A stretch of DNA of 33,878 nucleotides from Candidatus Rokuibacteriota bacterium (GCA_003221435.1 QHRS01000051.1:1-33878), one strand, 5' to 3'; shown: positions 1 through 7,885, counted from the stretch's first letter. The notes: generated by a model from the letters alone, not told the origin. Numbers and translations: made by a program.

Positions 1-284
1 CGCGCCAGCGTCTCGAATACACCGCCATCGGCGACACGGTCAATCTGGCCGCCAGGCTCGAGAGCATCACGAAGGATTTCGACAGCGCCGTGATCATCAG
101 CGAATCGACGCATTCGCTCGTCAAGGATGAGTTCCCGACCCACGCGCTCGGCGAGGTGATCGTCAAGGGGAAGGCGATCCCGGTACGGATCTACGCCGTG
201 CTGGCGCTGGGAGCGGGCGTGGAGGGAGGCACGCAGACGACCGTGCGGCCCCCGGAGGAGGTGCGGAGCGCGCAACGACCTTGA
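1..284 (+). CDS. Class III adenylate/guanylate cyclase, C-terminal end of the catalytic domain (5'-truncated by the window edge)
   Basis: The frame is open from nt 3: RQRLEYTAIGDTVNLAARLESITKDFDSAVIISESTHSLV...GEVIVKGKAIPVRIYAV. The YTAIGDTVNLAARLE block is the hallmark class III cyclase motif. The GTG at 90 in the ORF track is an internal codon. Stop TGA at 282-284. Confidence 0.85.
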   Translation, partial: RQRLEYTAIGDTVNLAARLESITKDFDSAVIISESTHSLVKDEFPTHALGEVIVKGKAIPVRIYAVLALGAGVEGGTQTTVRPPEEVRSAQRP

Positions 285-370
285 CGTCAGCGTGAGAATC
301 TCGAAGAATTGAAGGCCTTCGGAGAGCTCGCCGAACGGCTGCCGCGAGCCCAGGACCTGAGTGAGGCTCA

Positions 371-1957
371 ATGTCGACCAGCTACCGCCGCCGGAGCTTC
401 ACCGTCGCTGCGATCGCGGCACTCGTCCTGCTCTGGTGGGCCGCGCGGGGCGCTGCGGCGCCCAACCAGGTGTTCGTCGACCGGGGTATTCTCGATTACG
501 ACGACAAGAATTACGCTGCCGCGCTCGCCGCGTTCGAGCGCGCCGTCGAGTTGGACCCCGAAGACCCCAACGCGCGGTACTTTCTCGGGCTCACGCTGAT
601 CGCGCTGGATCGGTCTGAGGAGGCGGTGACGCAGTTGTCGCGCGGTCTCGCCCTCGCCAAGGACGATCTGGACATCGCGTTCGCTCTCGGGGTCGCGCTG
701 TTCAATCTCTCGCGATACGACGAGGCTCTGCGGCACTTCCAGGCGGTTTTCTCCCGGGAGCCGCAGCGCGAGAACCTCGGATTTTACCTCGGCGTCATCT
801 ATTACCAGACCAAGGACTACGAACGGGCGATCGGCGCGCTGGAAGGCGCAGTCGTCTCGGATCCCGCGTTCCAGCAGCTCAGGCGCTTCTACGCCGCCCT
901 CGCCAACCACCAGCTCGGTCGCGAAGTCGAGGCCTCGCGGGAAATGGCGCAGGCCGAAAGTCTCAGGCCATCCTCGCCGATCGCGATCAGCGCGCGAAAA
1001 TTCCAGGACTTCATCACGCCGCCGTCTCCCGAAGTGCGCAGCTACCGGTTCGAGCTCCGGGCGGGCTACCAGTACGACGACAACGTCCCGATCGCGCCGA
1101 CCAGGAACGTGCTGAGCCTGCGGGACGCCCGGATGGCGAGCTGGGGGGAAACGCTGCTGGCTCGGGGCGCGTACGATGTCCTTCGCGGCGCCTGGCTGAC
1201 CGCTACCGTGTCTTTTCAGCTCTTCTCCATCTTCAACGACGACCTTCCCCGACTCGACATCAGGGACTACAGGCCGGCGCTCGAGGGCGTGTACCGGATG
1301 GCGATCGGTGGCCGCCCGCTGACCGCCGGATTGCGCTACGACTACGATCTGACCGAGCAAAATGACGCGTGGCTCGCGTGGCGGAACATCGTCCAACCCT
1401 ACGTGTCCTACGCGTGGGCGAGCTGGACGGACACGACGATTGTCTATCGATACGAGGATAACGACTCCAAAGTCGATCCGACGCTGAACCTCAAGGAGGA
1501 GCGGCTGGACTCCGACAGCCACGATGTCGGCTTGATCCAGGGCTTCTATTACGGTCCGGCGGCGTTCCGGGTGGGGTACACCCTTGACACGGACCAGGCC
1601 GCCGGTCGCGATCACACCTTCTACGGCCAGAAGGCCACCGCCGGTGTCTACGCGAACCTTCCGCTCGGCCTCGTGGCCGACGTCACGTTCGAGTATCACG
1701 ATCGGGACTACCCGGTCGGGAACAAGCTCGCCCGGACGCTCAACGGCATGGGACTGACGGATTCGTTTCGGCAGAAGCGCCACGACGGGGACCAGACGCT
1801 GTTCCTCGCGCTCTCGCGGGCGATCCCGACCCCAACCGGGTTTCCGGGCACCCTGGTCGGATCGGTCGAGTATTTCCGAGAGCGCAACGTCTCAACGATT
1901 TCGCTGTACGATTTCGAACGCAATACGACATCGTTCAATCTGATCTGGCGCTACTGA
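371..1957 (+). CDS. TPR-repeat outer-membrane beta-barrel protein (TPR N-domain plus roughly 300-aa barrel)
   Basis: 528-aa ORF with strong GC3. Signal-like N-terminus (RRRSFTVAAIAALVLLWWAARGAAAP). TPR-like repeats (YAAALAAFERAVELDPEDPNARYFLGLTL; YDEALRHFQAVFSREP; YERAIGALEGAV). Then a Y/D/G/N-rich alternating-strand region (YRFELRAGYQYDDNV...) ending in the OMP-type C-terminal aromatic signature FNLIWRY. Confidence 0.75.
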   Translation: MSTSYRRRSFTVAAIAALVLLWWAARGAAAPNQVFVDRGILDYDDKNYAAALAAFERAVELDPEDPNARYFLGLTLIALDRSEEAVTQLSRGLALAKDDLDIAFALGVALFNLSRYDEALRHFQAVFSREPQRENLGFYLGVIYYQTKDYERAIGALEGAVVSDPAFQQLRRFYAALANHQLGREVEASREMAQAESLRPSSPIAISARKFQDFITPPSPEVRSYRFELRAGYQYDDNVPIAPTRNVLSLRDARMASWGETLLARGAYDVLRGAWLTATVSFQLFSIFNDDLPRLDIRDYRPALEGVYRMAIGGRPLTAGLRYDYDLTEQNDAWLAWRNIVQPYVSYAWASWTDTTIVYRYEDNDSKVDPTLNLKEERLDSDSHDVGLIQGFYYGPAAFRVGYTLDTDQAAGRDHTFYGQKATAGVYANLPLGLVADVTFEYHDRDYPVGNKLARTLNGMGLTDSFRQKRHDGDQTLFLALSRAIPTPTGFPGTLVGSVEYFRERNVSTISLYDFERNTTSFNLIWRY

Positions 1958-2132
1958 GAGAGAGTCCCTGACCTCGACCTCCCGGACTCCGCTCCGTGGC
2001 GACCCCGGTGGTACACTCTCGTGCCCCGGTTCGGGAGCGGTCCGCGCATCGAAGGGCGGCGGTCGCCGCGAGAGGGGTGGATCCTTCGGGTCTAACCGGA
2101 TCTCCGCCTCGGCGGAGAGAGCGGGGAGCCAC

Positions 2133-3164
2133 ATGAAGATCATTTCCACGACGCTCCTGGTCATCGCCGTGGCGGCGCTGGCAATCCCGGCGACGGCCAC
2201 GGACGACATCGGCGTTGTCATCGCGGTCAACGGAACGGCGGCTCTCCATCGCGGATCGAGGCCCGCACAGGCCGTGAGATTCAAGGACAAGGTGCAGTGG
2301 CGAGACGTGATCGAAACCTCGAAGGGCGCGAGTGCTCGCCTCCTGCTGCTGGGGAAAACGAGCCTGGTGGTGCGTGAGCTGTCGCGCGTGGAGCTTCGCG
2401 AGGAGGCCGTCGCCGGCGGCCGCGCGCAGACGATGGCCGTGCTGTCCGGCAAGGTGCGCGCGATCGTCGAGCGGTCGTTCATGGCCAAGGGCGAGCAGGT
2501 CGAGGTGCGCTCACCGAACGCGGTGGCCGCGGTCCGGGGAACGGATTTTGTGGTCGAGGTCGTTCCGCCGCCTGCGCACGCACAGGGTTTCGGCATGCTG
2601 GCCGCGATGGACGGCGGCCCGATCGTCGTCCAGGGGCCCGCCAACGTTACGACGCTCGTGTACACGATCGCCGGTATCGTGGACGTGACGAACGGCGCCA
2701 CCGCGCGCATCACGGCGTTCCAGGGCGCTCGCGTGGTTGGCGGGGGGATCCCGGAGCGGTTTGCGTTCACGCGGGTGGATCTGCCGAACATCACCAAGGG
2801 GTTGAGGGTGCCGGCCCCGGCCCGCACGACAATTCCGCCGGCCTCGAGCGAAACCGTGGCGACGGCCGAGCGGACCGCGCTCGAGCAACCGCTCCGAGGC
2901 GGCGCTGGCACGGTCGAGAAGCCCGTGGCCGGGCGCCTCGTCGGCTCCGCCGGCGCCGCCGGACAGGGAGCCGGCGGCGGTGCGGGGGCGCAGCCGAGAC
3001 CCGGCGGCGCCGCCGACGCGGAGAACGAAGTCGCGAACGTCGTGGCACGTCCCGCCCCGAAGTCGACGGACAACGAGGTCGATGGACTTCGGACACGGGT
3101 CAAAGACGCGGACCAGGCTCACTCGGTGAAGCAGAAGGTTCGCAAGAACTCGAAGCACGACTGA
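2133..3164 (+). CDS. Secreted FecR-domain protein with low-complexity G/A/P-rich tail
   Basis: 343-aa ORF with GGGGAG 4 nt upstream of the ATG. Signal peptide MKIISTTLLVIAVAALAIPATA. FecR-like core (IGVVIAVNGTAALHR, VQWRDVIETSKGASARLLL, VRSPNAVAAVRGTDFVV). Confidence 0.75.
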   Translation: MKIISTTLLVIAVAALAIPATATDDIGVVIAVNGTAALHRGSRPAQAVRFKDKVQWRDVIETSKGASARLLLLGKTSLVVRELSRVELREEAVAGGRAQTMAVLSGKVRAIVERSFMAKGEQVEVRSPNAVAAVRGTDFVVEVVPPPAHAQGFGMLAAMDGGPIVVQGPANVTTLVYTIAGIVDVTNGATARITAFQGARVVGGGIPERFAFTRVDLPNITKGLRVPAPARTTIPPASSETVATAERTALEQPLRGGAGTVEKPVAGRLVGSAGAAGQGAGGGAGAQPRPGGAADAENEVANVVARPAPKSTDNEVDGLRTRVKDADQAHSVKQKVRKNSKHD

Positions 3165-3203
3165 CACCGAGGGTGTGCCCTGGCAGGATGCCGAAAACCC
3201 CGC

Positions 3204-3233
3204 CAGGCCGCTCCCAAAGGCCCGTCTGCGTCG
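3204..3233 (+). repeat. Repeat family C, copy 1 (30-mer CAGGCCGCTCCCAAAGGCCCGTCTGCGTCG)
   Basis: 28/30 identical to 24788-24817, same orientation. Both copies are intergenic. Confidence 0.8.
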
Positions 3234-3286
3234 TTGGCTCGGTCGCTCCTCCCTGCGACGCACAACCGCCGTCACGTCTGGGAGCA

Positions 3287-3360
3287 CGTGAAAGAATCGT
3301 CGCGACCGGTCGCCGGCGGGGGGTGTCGGGGAGGAGCGGCGCTCGCCCCCCCGACGTTGA
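3287..3360 (-). repeat. Repeat family B, inverted copy (about 74 nt, contains a roughly 13-bp G/C hairpin)
   Basis: The reverse complement reads TCAACGTCGGGGGGGCGAGCGCCGCTCCTCCCCGACACCCCCCGCCGGCGACCGGTCGCGACGATTCTTTCACG. This is near-identical to the tandem copies at 23478-23550 and 23560-23632. Confidence 0.85.
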
Positions 3361-3364
3361 CTCG

Positions 3365-3394
3365 TTGCCCGTCCCCGGGCCTCTGTGCTACACA
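3365..3394 (+). promoter_or_regulatory. Candidate sigma70-type promoter (TTGCCC-18 nt-TACACA) abutting the ATG at 3402
   Basis: TTGCCC at 3365-3370 and TACACA(AT) at 3389-3394/3396. The start codon lies 6-8 nt downstream with no Shine-Dalgarno sequence, implying a leaderless or near-leaderless mRNA. Confidence 0.35.
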
Positions 3395-3401
3395 ATGATC
3401 C

Positions 3402-4775
3402 ATGATCTTCCAGCAGCTCATCAATGACGAGGCAGGCTGCCTGTCGTACCTGATCGGCTGCGCGCGCGCCGGGGCGGCGATGATCGTCGATCCCGGGCGC
3501 GACCGCGTGAGCGATTACATCTCCCTCGCGCGGCGCAAGGGCCTCACGATCACCCACATTGTCGAGACGCACCTCCACGCGGACCACGTCTCCGGCAACC
3601 AGGCGCTCGCGGCCCAGACGGGCGCCACGATCTGCATGCATGCCGCGGCGGAGGCGAGGTTCCGTCACCTGCCGGTCGAGCACGACAACGAGCTGCGCGT
3701 CGGCAGCGTCAGCCTCCAGGTGATCCACACGCCCGGCCACACGCCCGACAGCATCTCGCTGCTGGTGACGGATGAGAGCCGCGGTCCCGAGCCCTGGTTC
3801 ATCCTGACCGGAGACACGCTGTTCGTCGGCGACGTCGGCCGTCCCGACTTCGGGGGGGAGACGGCGGCGGCGGACCTGTACCGGAGCCTGACCGAGCGCT
3901 TGCTCGTGCTCGACGACAGCGTCGAGGTTTATCCGGCGCACGGCGCCGGGTCCGCGTGCGGCCGCGCGATGTCGTCCAAGGCAGGCTCGACCATCGGGTT
4001 CGAGCGCCGGTTCAACCCGGCGCTCCGGGTTCGCGATGCGGAGGAGTTCGTCAGGAACCTCCTGGCGGGCCTGCCGCCCCAGCCGCCGAACTTCAAGACG
4101 ATCATCGAGCGGAACCGGTCCGTCGCCCCCCTCACGCTCCCCGAGCCTCGGGCCCTCTCCGCGTACGATGTCCGCGAACTGATCGCCGACGGCGCAGTCG
4201 CCCTCGACATCCGTGCCCCGGCGGAGTACGGCGAGGGGCACATTCCGCGCGCGGTGAACGTCTGGATCGAGAGCCCGCAGTTCGCCGAGCGATGCGGGTG
4301 GTTCATTCCGCAGGACGCGGCGATCGTCCTCGTCGCGCCGGGCCCGACCGAGATCTCGCGGGCGGTCGGCGGCCTCTCGCGCGTCGGCCTCGACGGCGTG
4401 CGGGGATACCTGCAGCGAGGCATGACTGACTGGCGCAGCGCGGGGCTGCCCGCCGAGAGCGTGCCGCAGATCACCGTCCACGATCTCGCGACCTGGCGCG
4501 AGGAGCAGCCGGATCTGGTCGTCGTCGACGTGCGCGAGCCGTTCGAGTGGGACGAGGGCCACATCGCGGGCGCCGTGCACCTGCCGATGCGCGCGGCGCT
4601 GGCGCGGCTGGCGGAGCTGCCGGCGGATCGGCCCAAGGCCGTTCTGTGTGCCGCGGGGTCTCGCTCGAGCACGGTCATCAGCGCGCTCAGGCGCTCGGGC
4701 GCGCGCGGCCCCTGGTACAATGTGAGTGGCGGGATGACCGCGTGGCAGAAGGTCGGATACGGAGTGGTGCGGTAG
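3402..4775 (+). CDS. Persulfide dioxygenase (MBL fold) fused to two rhodanese domains (CstB-like architecture)
   Basis: 457 aa. MBL metal motifs HLHADHVSG, HTPGHTPDS, GDTLFVGDVGRPD, YPAHGAGS. Two rhodanese-like modules follow (ALDIRAPAEYGEGHIPRAVNV; VVDVREPFEWDEGHIAGAVHLP) with an active-site loop CAAGSRSS in the second. Confidence 0.85.
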   Translation: MIFQQLINDEAGCLSYLIGCARAGAAMIVDPGRDRVSDYISLARRKGLTITHIVETHLHADHVSGNQALAAQTGATICMHAAAEARFRHLPVEHDNELRVGSVSLQVIHTPGHTPDSISLLVTDESRGPEPWFILTGDTLFVGDVGRPDFGGETAAADLYRSLTERLLVLDDSVEVYPAHGAGSACGRAMSSKAGSTIGFERRFNPALRVRDAEEFVRNLLAGLPPQPPNFKTIIERNRSVAPLTLPEPRALSAYDVRELIADGAVALDIRAPAEYGEGHIPRAVNVWIESPQFAERCGWFIPQDAAIVLVAPGPTEISRAVGGLSRVGLDGVRGYLQRGMTDWRSAGLPAESVPQITVHDLATWREEQPDLVVVDVREPFEWDEGHIAGAVHLPMRAALARLAELPADRPKAVLCAAGSRSSTVISALRRSGARGPWYNVSGGMTAWQKVGYGVVR

Positions 4776-4838
4776 GACGACCCGCATCGAGCGACCGCGG
4801 CTCTCGGCGAGCCGCCGCGACGGCCCGCACAGGATCCA

Positions 4839-5510
4839 ATGCCCGACGATAACTTCGATTACCCCATCATGTCGCGCGCCCTGATTCTGGGCGACCGAGA
4901 CACCGTGGCGCGCAAGACACGGGAAGGGCTCGACCTGTCGATGGATCCGAAGGAGCTGATCTTCAGGGGACTGATTCCGGGCATGGACGTGGTTGGCGAG
5001 AAATTCCGGCGCAACGAGTACTACGTGCCCCAGGTACTGCTGTCCGCGCGCGCGATGTACGCGGGCCTCGATCTGCTCAAGCCCTTGATCACGGCCAGCG
5101 CGAAGGCCGACGACTACTTCGGCACCGTCGTCATCGGGACCGCGCAGGGCGATCTCCACGACATCGGCAAGAACCTCGTCGCGATGATGCTCGAAGGGGC
5201 GGGCTTCAAGGTGGTGAACCTCGGCCGTGACGTCGCGCCGGAGGCGTTCGCCAAGGCCGTCCTGGAGCACAGCGCCAACATCGTCGGCATCTCGGCGCTC
5301 ATGACGACGACGATGCCAGCGATGAAGCGGACGATCGACGCGCTGACGAGGGCGGGCGTGCGCGATCGGGTCAAGGTGATGATCGGCGGCGCGCCCGTCA
5401 GCCAGACGTATGCCGACGAGATCGGCGCGGACGGCTATGCGAGGGATTCGACGGCGGCCGTCATCAAGGCCAAGCAGCTGCTCGGCGTGCGCGCGGAGGT
5501 CGCGCGGTGA
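4839..5510 (+). CDS. Corrinoid (cobalamin)-binding protein, MtaC/MtbC type (B12 cap plus Rossmann domain)
   Basis: 223 aa. Cap region (YYVPQVLLSARAM), the DxHxxG motif in GTAQGDLHDIGKNLV, SALMTTT and GGAP motifs. Its stop overlaps the next start (GTGA at 5507-5510). Confidence 0.9.
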   Translation: MPDDNFDYPIMSRALILGDRDTVARKTREGLDLSMDPKELIFRGLIPGMDVVGEKFRRNEYYVPQVLLSARAMYAGLDLLKPLITASAKADDYFGTVVIGTAQGDLHDIGKNLVAMMLEGAGFKVVNLGRDVAPEAFAKAVLEHSANIVGISALMTTTMPAMKRTIDALTRAGVRDRVKVMIGGAPVSQTYADEIGADGYARDSTAAVIKAKQLLGVRAEVAR

Positions 5511-6421
5511 AGCCGCACGGCTGGGAGGTGCTCGAGCGCACCAGGGGCGGCGGTGTGCTGGTCTTCGACGGCGGCTACGGAACCGAGCTGTTCGCGGCGG
5601 GCCTGGCGAACGGCGCCTGCCCGGAGCTGTGGAACGACACGCACGCAGATGTCGTCACGCGCATCCACAAGGGCTACTACGACGCGGGCAGCGAGATCGT
5701 CGAGACCAACACGTTCGGCGGCACCCGGCTCAAGCTGAACGAGTACAGGATCGGCGACTGGACGCGCAAGCTGAATGAGAAGGGCGCGCGCCTCGCGCGC
5801 TCGGTCTGCCCGCCCGGCCTGTACGTCGCGGGCTCCATCGGCCCCACGAGCCGTCTGCCCGCGGAGTACGAGCCGCTCGGCGACACGACCGACGGGGACT
5901 ACTTCGAGGCGTTCCGCGAGCAGGCGGAGGCGCTCGCCGAGGGGGGCGTGGATCTGTTCGCGGTGGAGACGATGATGTTCCCCCAGGAGGCGACGGCGGC
6001 GATCCGCGCCTGCAAGGCGGTCGCTGACCTCCCGGTGATGGCCACGATGTTCTTCCAGTTCGAGGAGCTCCACGACCGCGACCGCACGATGTGGGGCGAG
6101 AGCCCGGCGGAGGTCGCGAAGAACCTCCTGTCGGCGGGCGCGGACATCGTCGGCATGAACTGTGGCCGCGGCCCGGATCGCGCGATCATGATCATCCGCG
6201 AGATGCGCGCGGTCACGAACGCCCCGCTGGTGGCGTACCCGAACGCCGGGCTGCCGATCACGAGGGGCGACACCGTGACGTACGAGCTGGGCCCCGAGGA
6301 GATGGCGCGGCACTACCCGGCCCTGCTCGACGCGGGGTGTAACATCGTGGGCGCGTGTTGCGGATCGAATCCCGCCCACATTCGCCACATCGCCGAGGTC
6401 GTCCGCTCCCGCCCACGGTGA
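5507..6421 (+). CDS. Homocysteine S-methyltransferase-family protein (MetH N-terminal-module-like, Zn-dependent)
   Basis: 304 aa. DGGYGTELF and ETNTFGG motifs. Zn-ligand cysteines in GMNCG and GACCGSNPAHI. GTGA start/stop overlaps on both sides. Confidence 0.88.
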   Translation: MKPHGWEVLERTRGGGVLVFDGGYGTELFAAGLANGACPELWNDTHADVVTRIHKGYYDAGSEIVETNTFGGTRLKLNEYRIGDWTRKLNEKGARLARSVCPPGLYVAGSIGPTSRLPAEYEPLGDTTDGDYFEAFREQAEALAEGGVDLFAVETMMFPQEATAAIRACKAVADLPVMATMFFQFEELHDRDRTMWGESPAEVAKNLLSAGADIVGMNCGRGPDRAIMIIREMRAVTNAPLVAYPNAGLPITRGDTVTYELGPEEMARHYPALLDAGCNIVGACCGSNPAHIRHIAEVVRSRPR

Positions 6422-7143
6422 CCGAGTCGGTTCTCGCCTGCGAGCCGGCCCTCGTCGAAGGCCTCCCGCTCTCGATCGATCGAGATGAAGTCCTGAGGTT
6501 TCAGGGCTACAAGAACGGGAGCGGCGCGCCGAGCGCCGAGGTCCTCGAGCTCTTCGCCGAGGCCCGGTCTCTCGCCGAGGCGCTGCTTGCGCCCCGCGTG
6601 GCCTACCGGGCGGTTCCGGCAGTTCTCGCGCGCGGCGTCATTCGCGCGGGCGACCAGTCACTCAGCGTCCCGGAGATCGGCCGGCTCTGGGGGACGCTGA
6701 CCCACGTCGGCGTCGGCGTCTGCACGATCGGCGACGCGCTCGAGGCTCGGGTGGCAGACCTGTTCAGTGCCCGTGAGTTCCCGCTCGCGGTGATGCTCGA
6801 CTCGGTCGGGTCCGCGGCGACCGAGCACCTGGCGGAATCCGCCAACGACCGCCTCTGCCAGCTCGCCATTCCGGTCGGGCTCAAGGTCACGAACCGGATC
6901 AGTCCCGGCTACGCCGGCTGGAATGTGGCGGACCAGCGCGCGCTGTTCACCCTCTGCCCCGGTGAGCCCGCGGGCGTCAGCCTCAACGAGTTCTGCTTTA
7001 TGACCCCGACGAAGAGCATCTCCTTCATGGTCGGGATCGGCCCCGACGTCCGGGTCGATCACTACTTCACGCAGTGCCGGCGGTGCTGGATGCGCGACTG
7101 CGCGTACCGCCGTGCGCCCGCACCGGTCACGTACGCCCGATGA
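6418..7143 (+). CDS. Methionine-synthase (MetH) activation-domain-like protein
   Basis: I place the start at GTG 6418 (GTGA overlap with the upstream stop); the ORF-track start at 6355 lies inside the upstream gene. RISPGYAGWNVADQRALFTLC...GVSLNEFCFMTPTKSISFMVGIG parallels the MetH reactivation-domain core (R.APGYPACP...LTESFAM.P..SVSG). C-terminal CRRCWMRDC. Confidence 0.7.
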   Translation: MTESVLACEPALVEGLPLSIDRDEVLRFQGYKNGSGAPSAEVLELFAEARSLAEALLAPRVAYRAVPAVLARGVIRAGDQSLSVPEIGRLWGTLTHVGVGVCTIGDALEARVADLFSAREFPLAVMLDSVGSAATEHLAESANDRLCQLAIPVGLKVTNRISPGYAGWNVADQRALFTLCPGEPAGVSLNEFCFMTPTKSISFMVGIGPDVRVDHYFTQCRRCWMRDCAYRRAPAPVTYAR

Positions 7144-7176
7144 GCGACCCCGGGGCCTCCGCGCTTCCGCGTCGTG

Positions 7177-7358
7177 CGAGCGCCGGCTTTGCCGGCGCAA
7201 TCGGCCTCCTTCTCCGACGACTGTTGCGTGTCCGCCCGTCGCTTCGAGCGCCGGCTTCGCCGGCGGTCACCTGCGCGGTGCGGGGCCCCAGCCCCGCGAA
7301 CCGCTCGGCGCCCCGAACTGGGGGGAGGTTCGGAGGGGGGGCGGAGCCCCCCTCCGAG
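7177..7358 (+). repeat. Repeat family A (REP-like): one H1-only unit (7177-7201) plus a full H1-H2-H3 unit (7243-7358)
   Basis: H1 is CGCCGGCTTTGCCGGCG (7181-7197). H2 is GCGGGGC-CCCA-GCCCCGC. H3 is CGGAGGGGGG-GCGGAG-CCCCCCTCCG (7331-7356). The sequence is shared with 13793-13950 and other loci. Confidence 0.85.
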
Positions 7359-7363
7359 AATTG

Positions 7364-7885
7364 ATGGCCGACCTGATCATGCTGGTCGGGTTCATGGGCG
7401 CCGGCAAGTCCGTGGTTGGCCGGTTGCTGGCGCGGCGGCTCGGGCGCTGTTTCGTCGAGACCGATGATCTGATCGTCGCCCGCGAGGGCCGGTCGATCCT
7501 CGAGGTCTTCCGCGAGTCCGGCGAGGCGCGCTTTCGCGCGCTCGAGGCCGAAGCGGTCGAGGCGCTGCGGCTCAAGCGCGGCGACGTGATCGCGACCGGC
7601 GGCGGGCTGCCGTGCCGCGAGGGACGCATGGAGCTGCTGCGCTCGCTCGGCACCGTGGTCTGGCTCAAGGGTGACTTCACCGAGATGTACGAGCGCGCGA
7701 CGCGGGCGGGCGAGCGGCCGATGCTGGCCGAGCGGTCCCCGGCCGAGGTCGTGGCGCTCTATCAGGAGCGCGAGCCGTACTACGGCCAGGCGCACATCAC
7801 GATCGAGACGCGGGGACTCGGCGTCGACCAGGTCGTCGGACGCATTGTCGCCGCGCTGCGGGAGCCCCATGGCGCACGCGCTTGA
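7364..7885 (+). CDS. aroK: Shikimate kinase
   Basis: Start at ATG 7364 (MADLIMLVGFMGAGKSVVGRLLARRLG... = P-loop GxxGxGKS, then FVETDDLI, RALE, ATGGG). The longer ORF-track version (from 7112) runs through the repeat element and is rejected. Confidence 0.88.
   Translation: MADLIMLVGFMGAGKSVVGRLLARRLGRCFVETDDLIVAREGRSILEVFRESGEARFRALEAEAVEALRLKRGDVIATGGGLPCREGRMELLRSLGTVVWLKGDFTEMYERATRAGERPMLAERSPAEVVALYQEREPYYGQAHITIETRGLGVDQVVGRIVAALREPHGARA

Noticed and set aside
368-1783. 471-aa minus-strand ORF opposite the TPR/barrel gene
   Set aside because: It is a shadow ORF. It has no motifs, whereas the plus-strand frame has a signal peptide, TPR repeats and an OMP C-terminus.
4776-4838. Cobalamin or SAM riboswitch upstream of the corrinoid/methionine cassette, and upstream of 7869
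   Set aside because: The gaps are only 63 nt and negative (overlap), too short for either aptamer. The longer 3165-3401 gap is filled by repeat families B and C, and I saw no B12-box-like core.
2511-5270. 919-aa ORF on the minus strand spanning several plus-strand genes
   Set aside because: It is antisense to well-supported genes (FecR-domain protein, MBL-rhodanese fusion, corrinoid protein). The translation is Arg/Pro/Gly/Ala-rich low-complexity with no recognisable motif. Long shadow ORFs of this kind are typical of GC-rich DNA.
7112-7363. Upstream extensions of aroK (from 7112) and of the HcyMT-MTHFR gene (from 7671)
   Set aside because: The aroK extension is translated repeat element. 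Shikimate kinases start just before the P-loop, as at 7364. The 7671 extension lies inside aroK in another frame, and homology starts at MAHALDE (7869).
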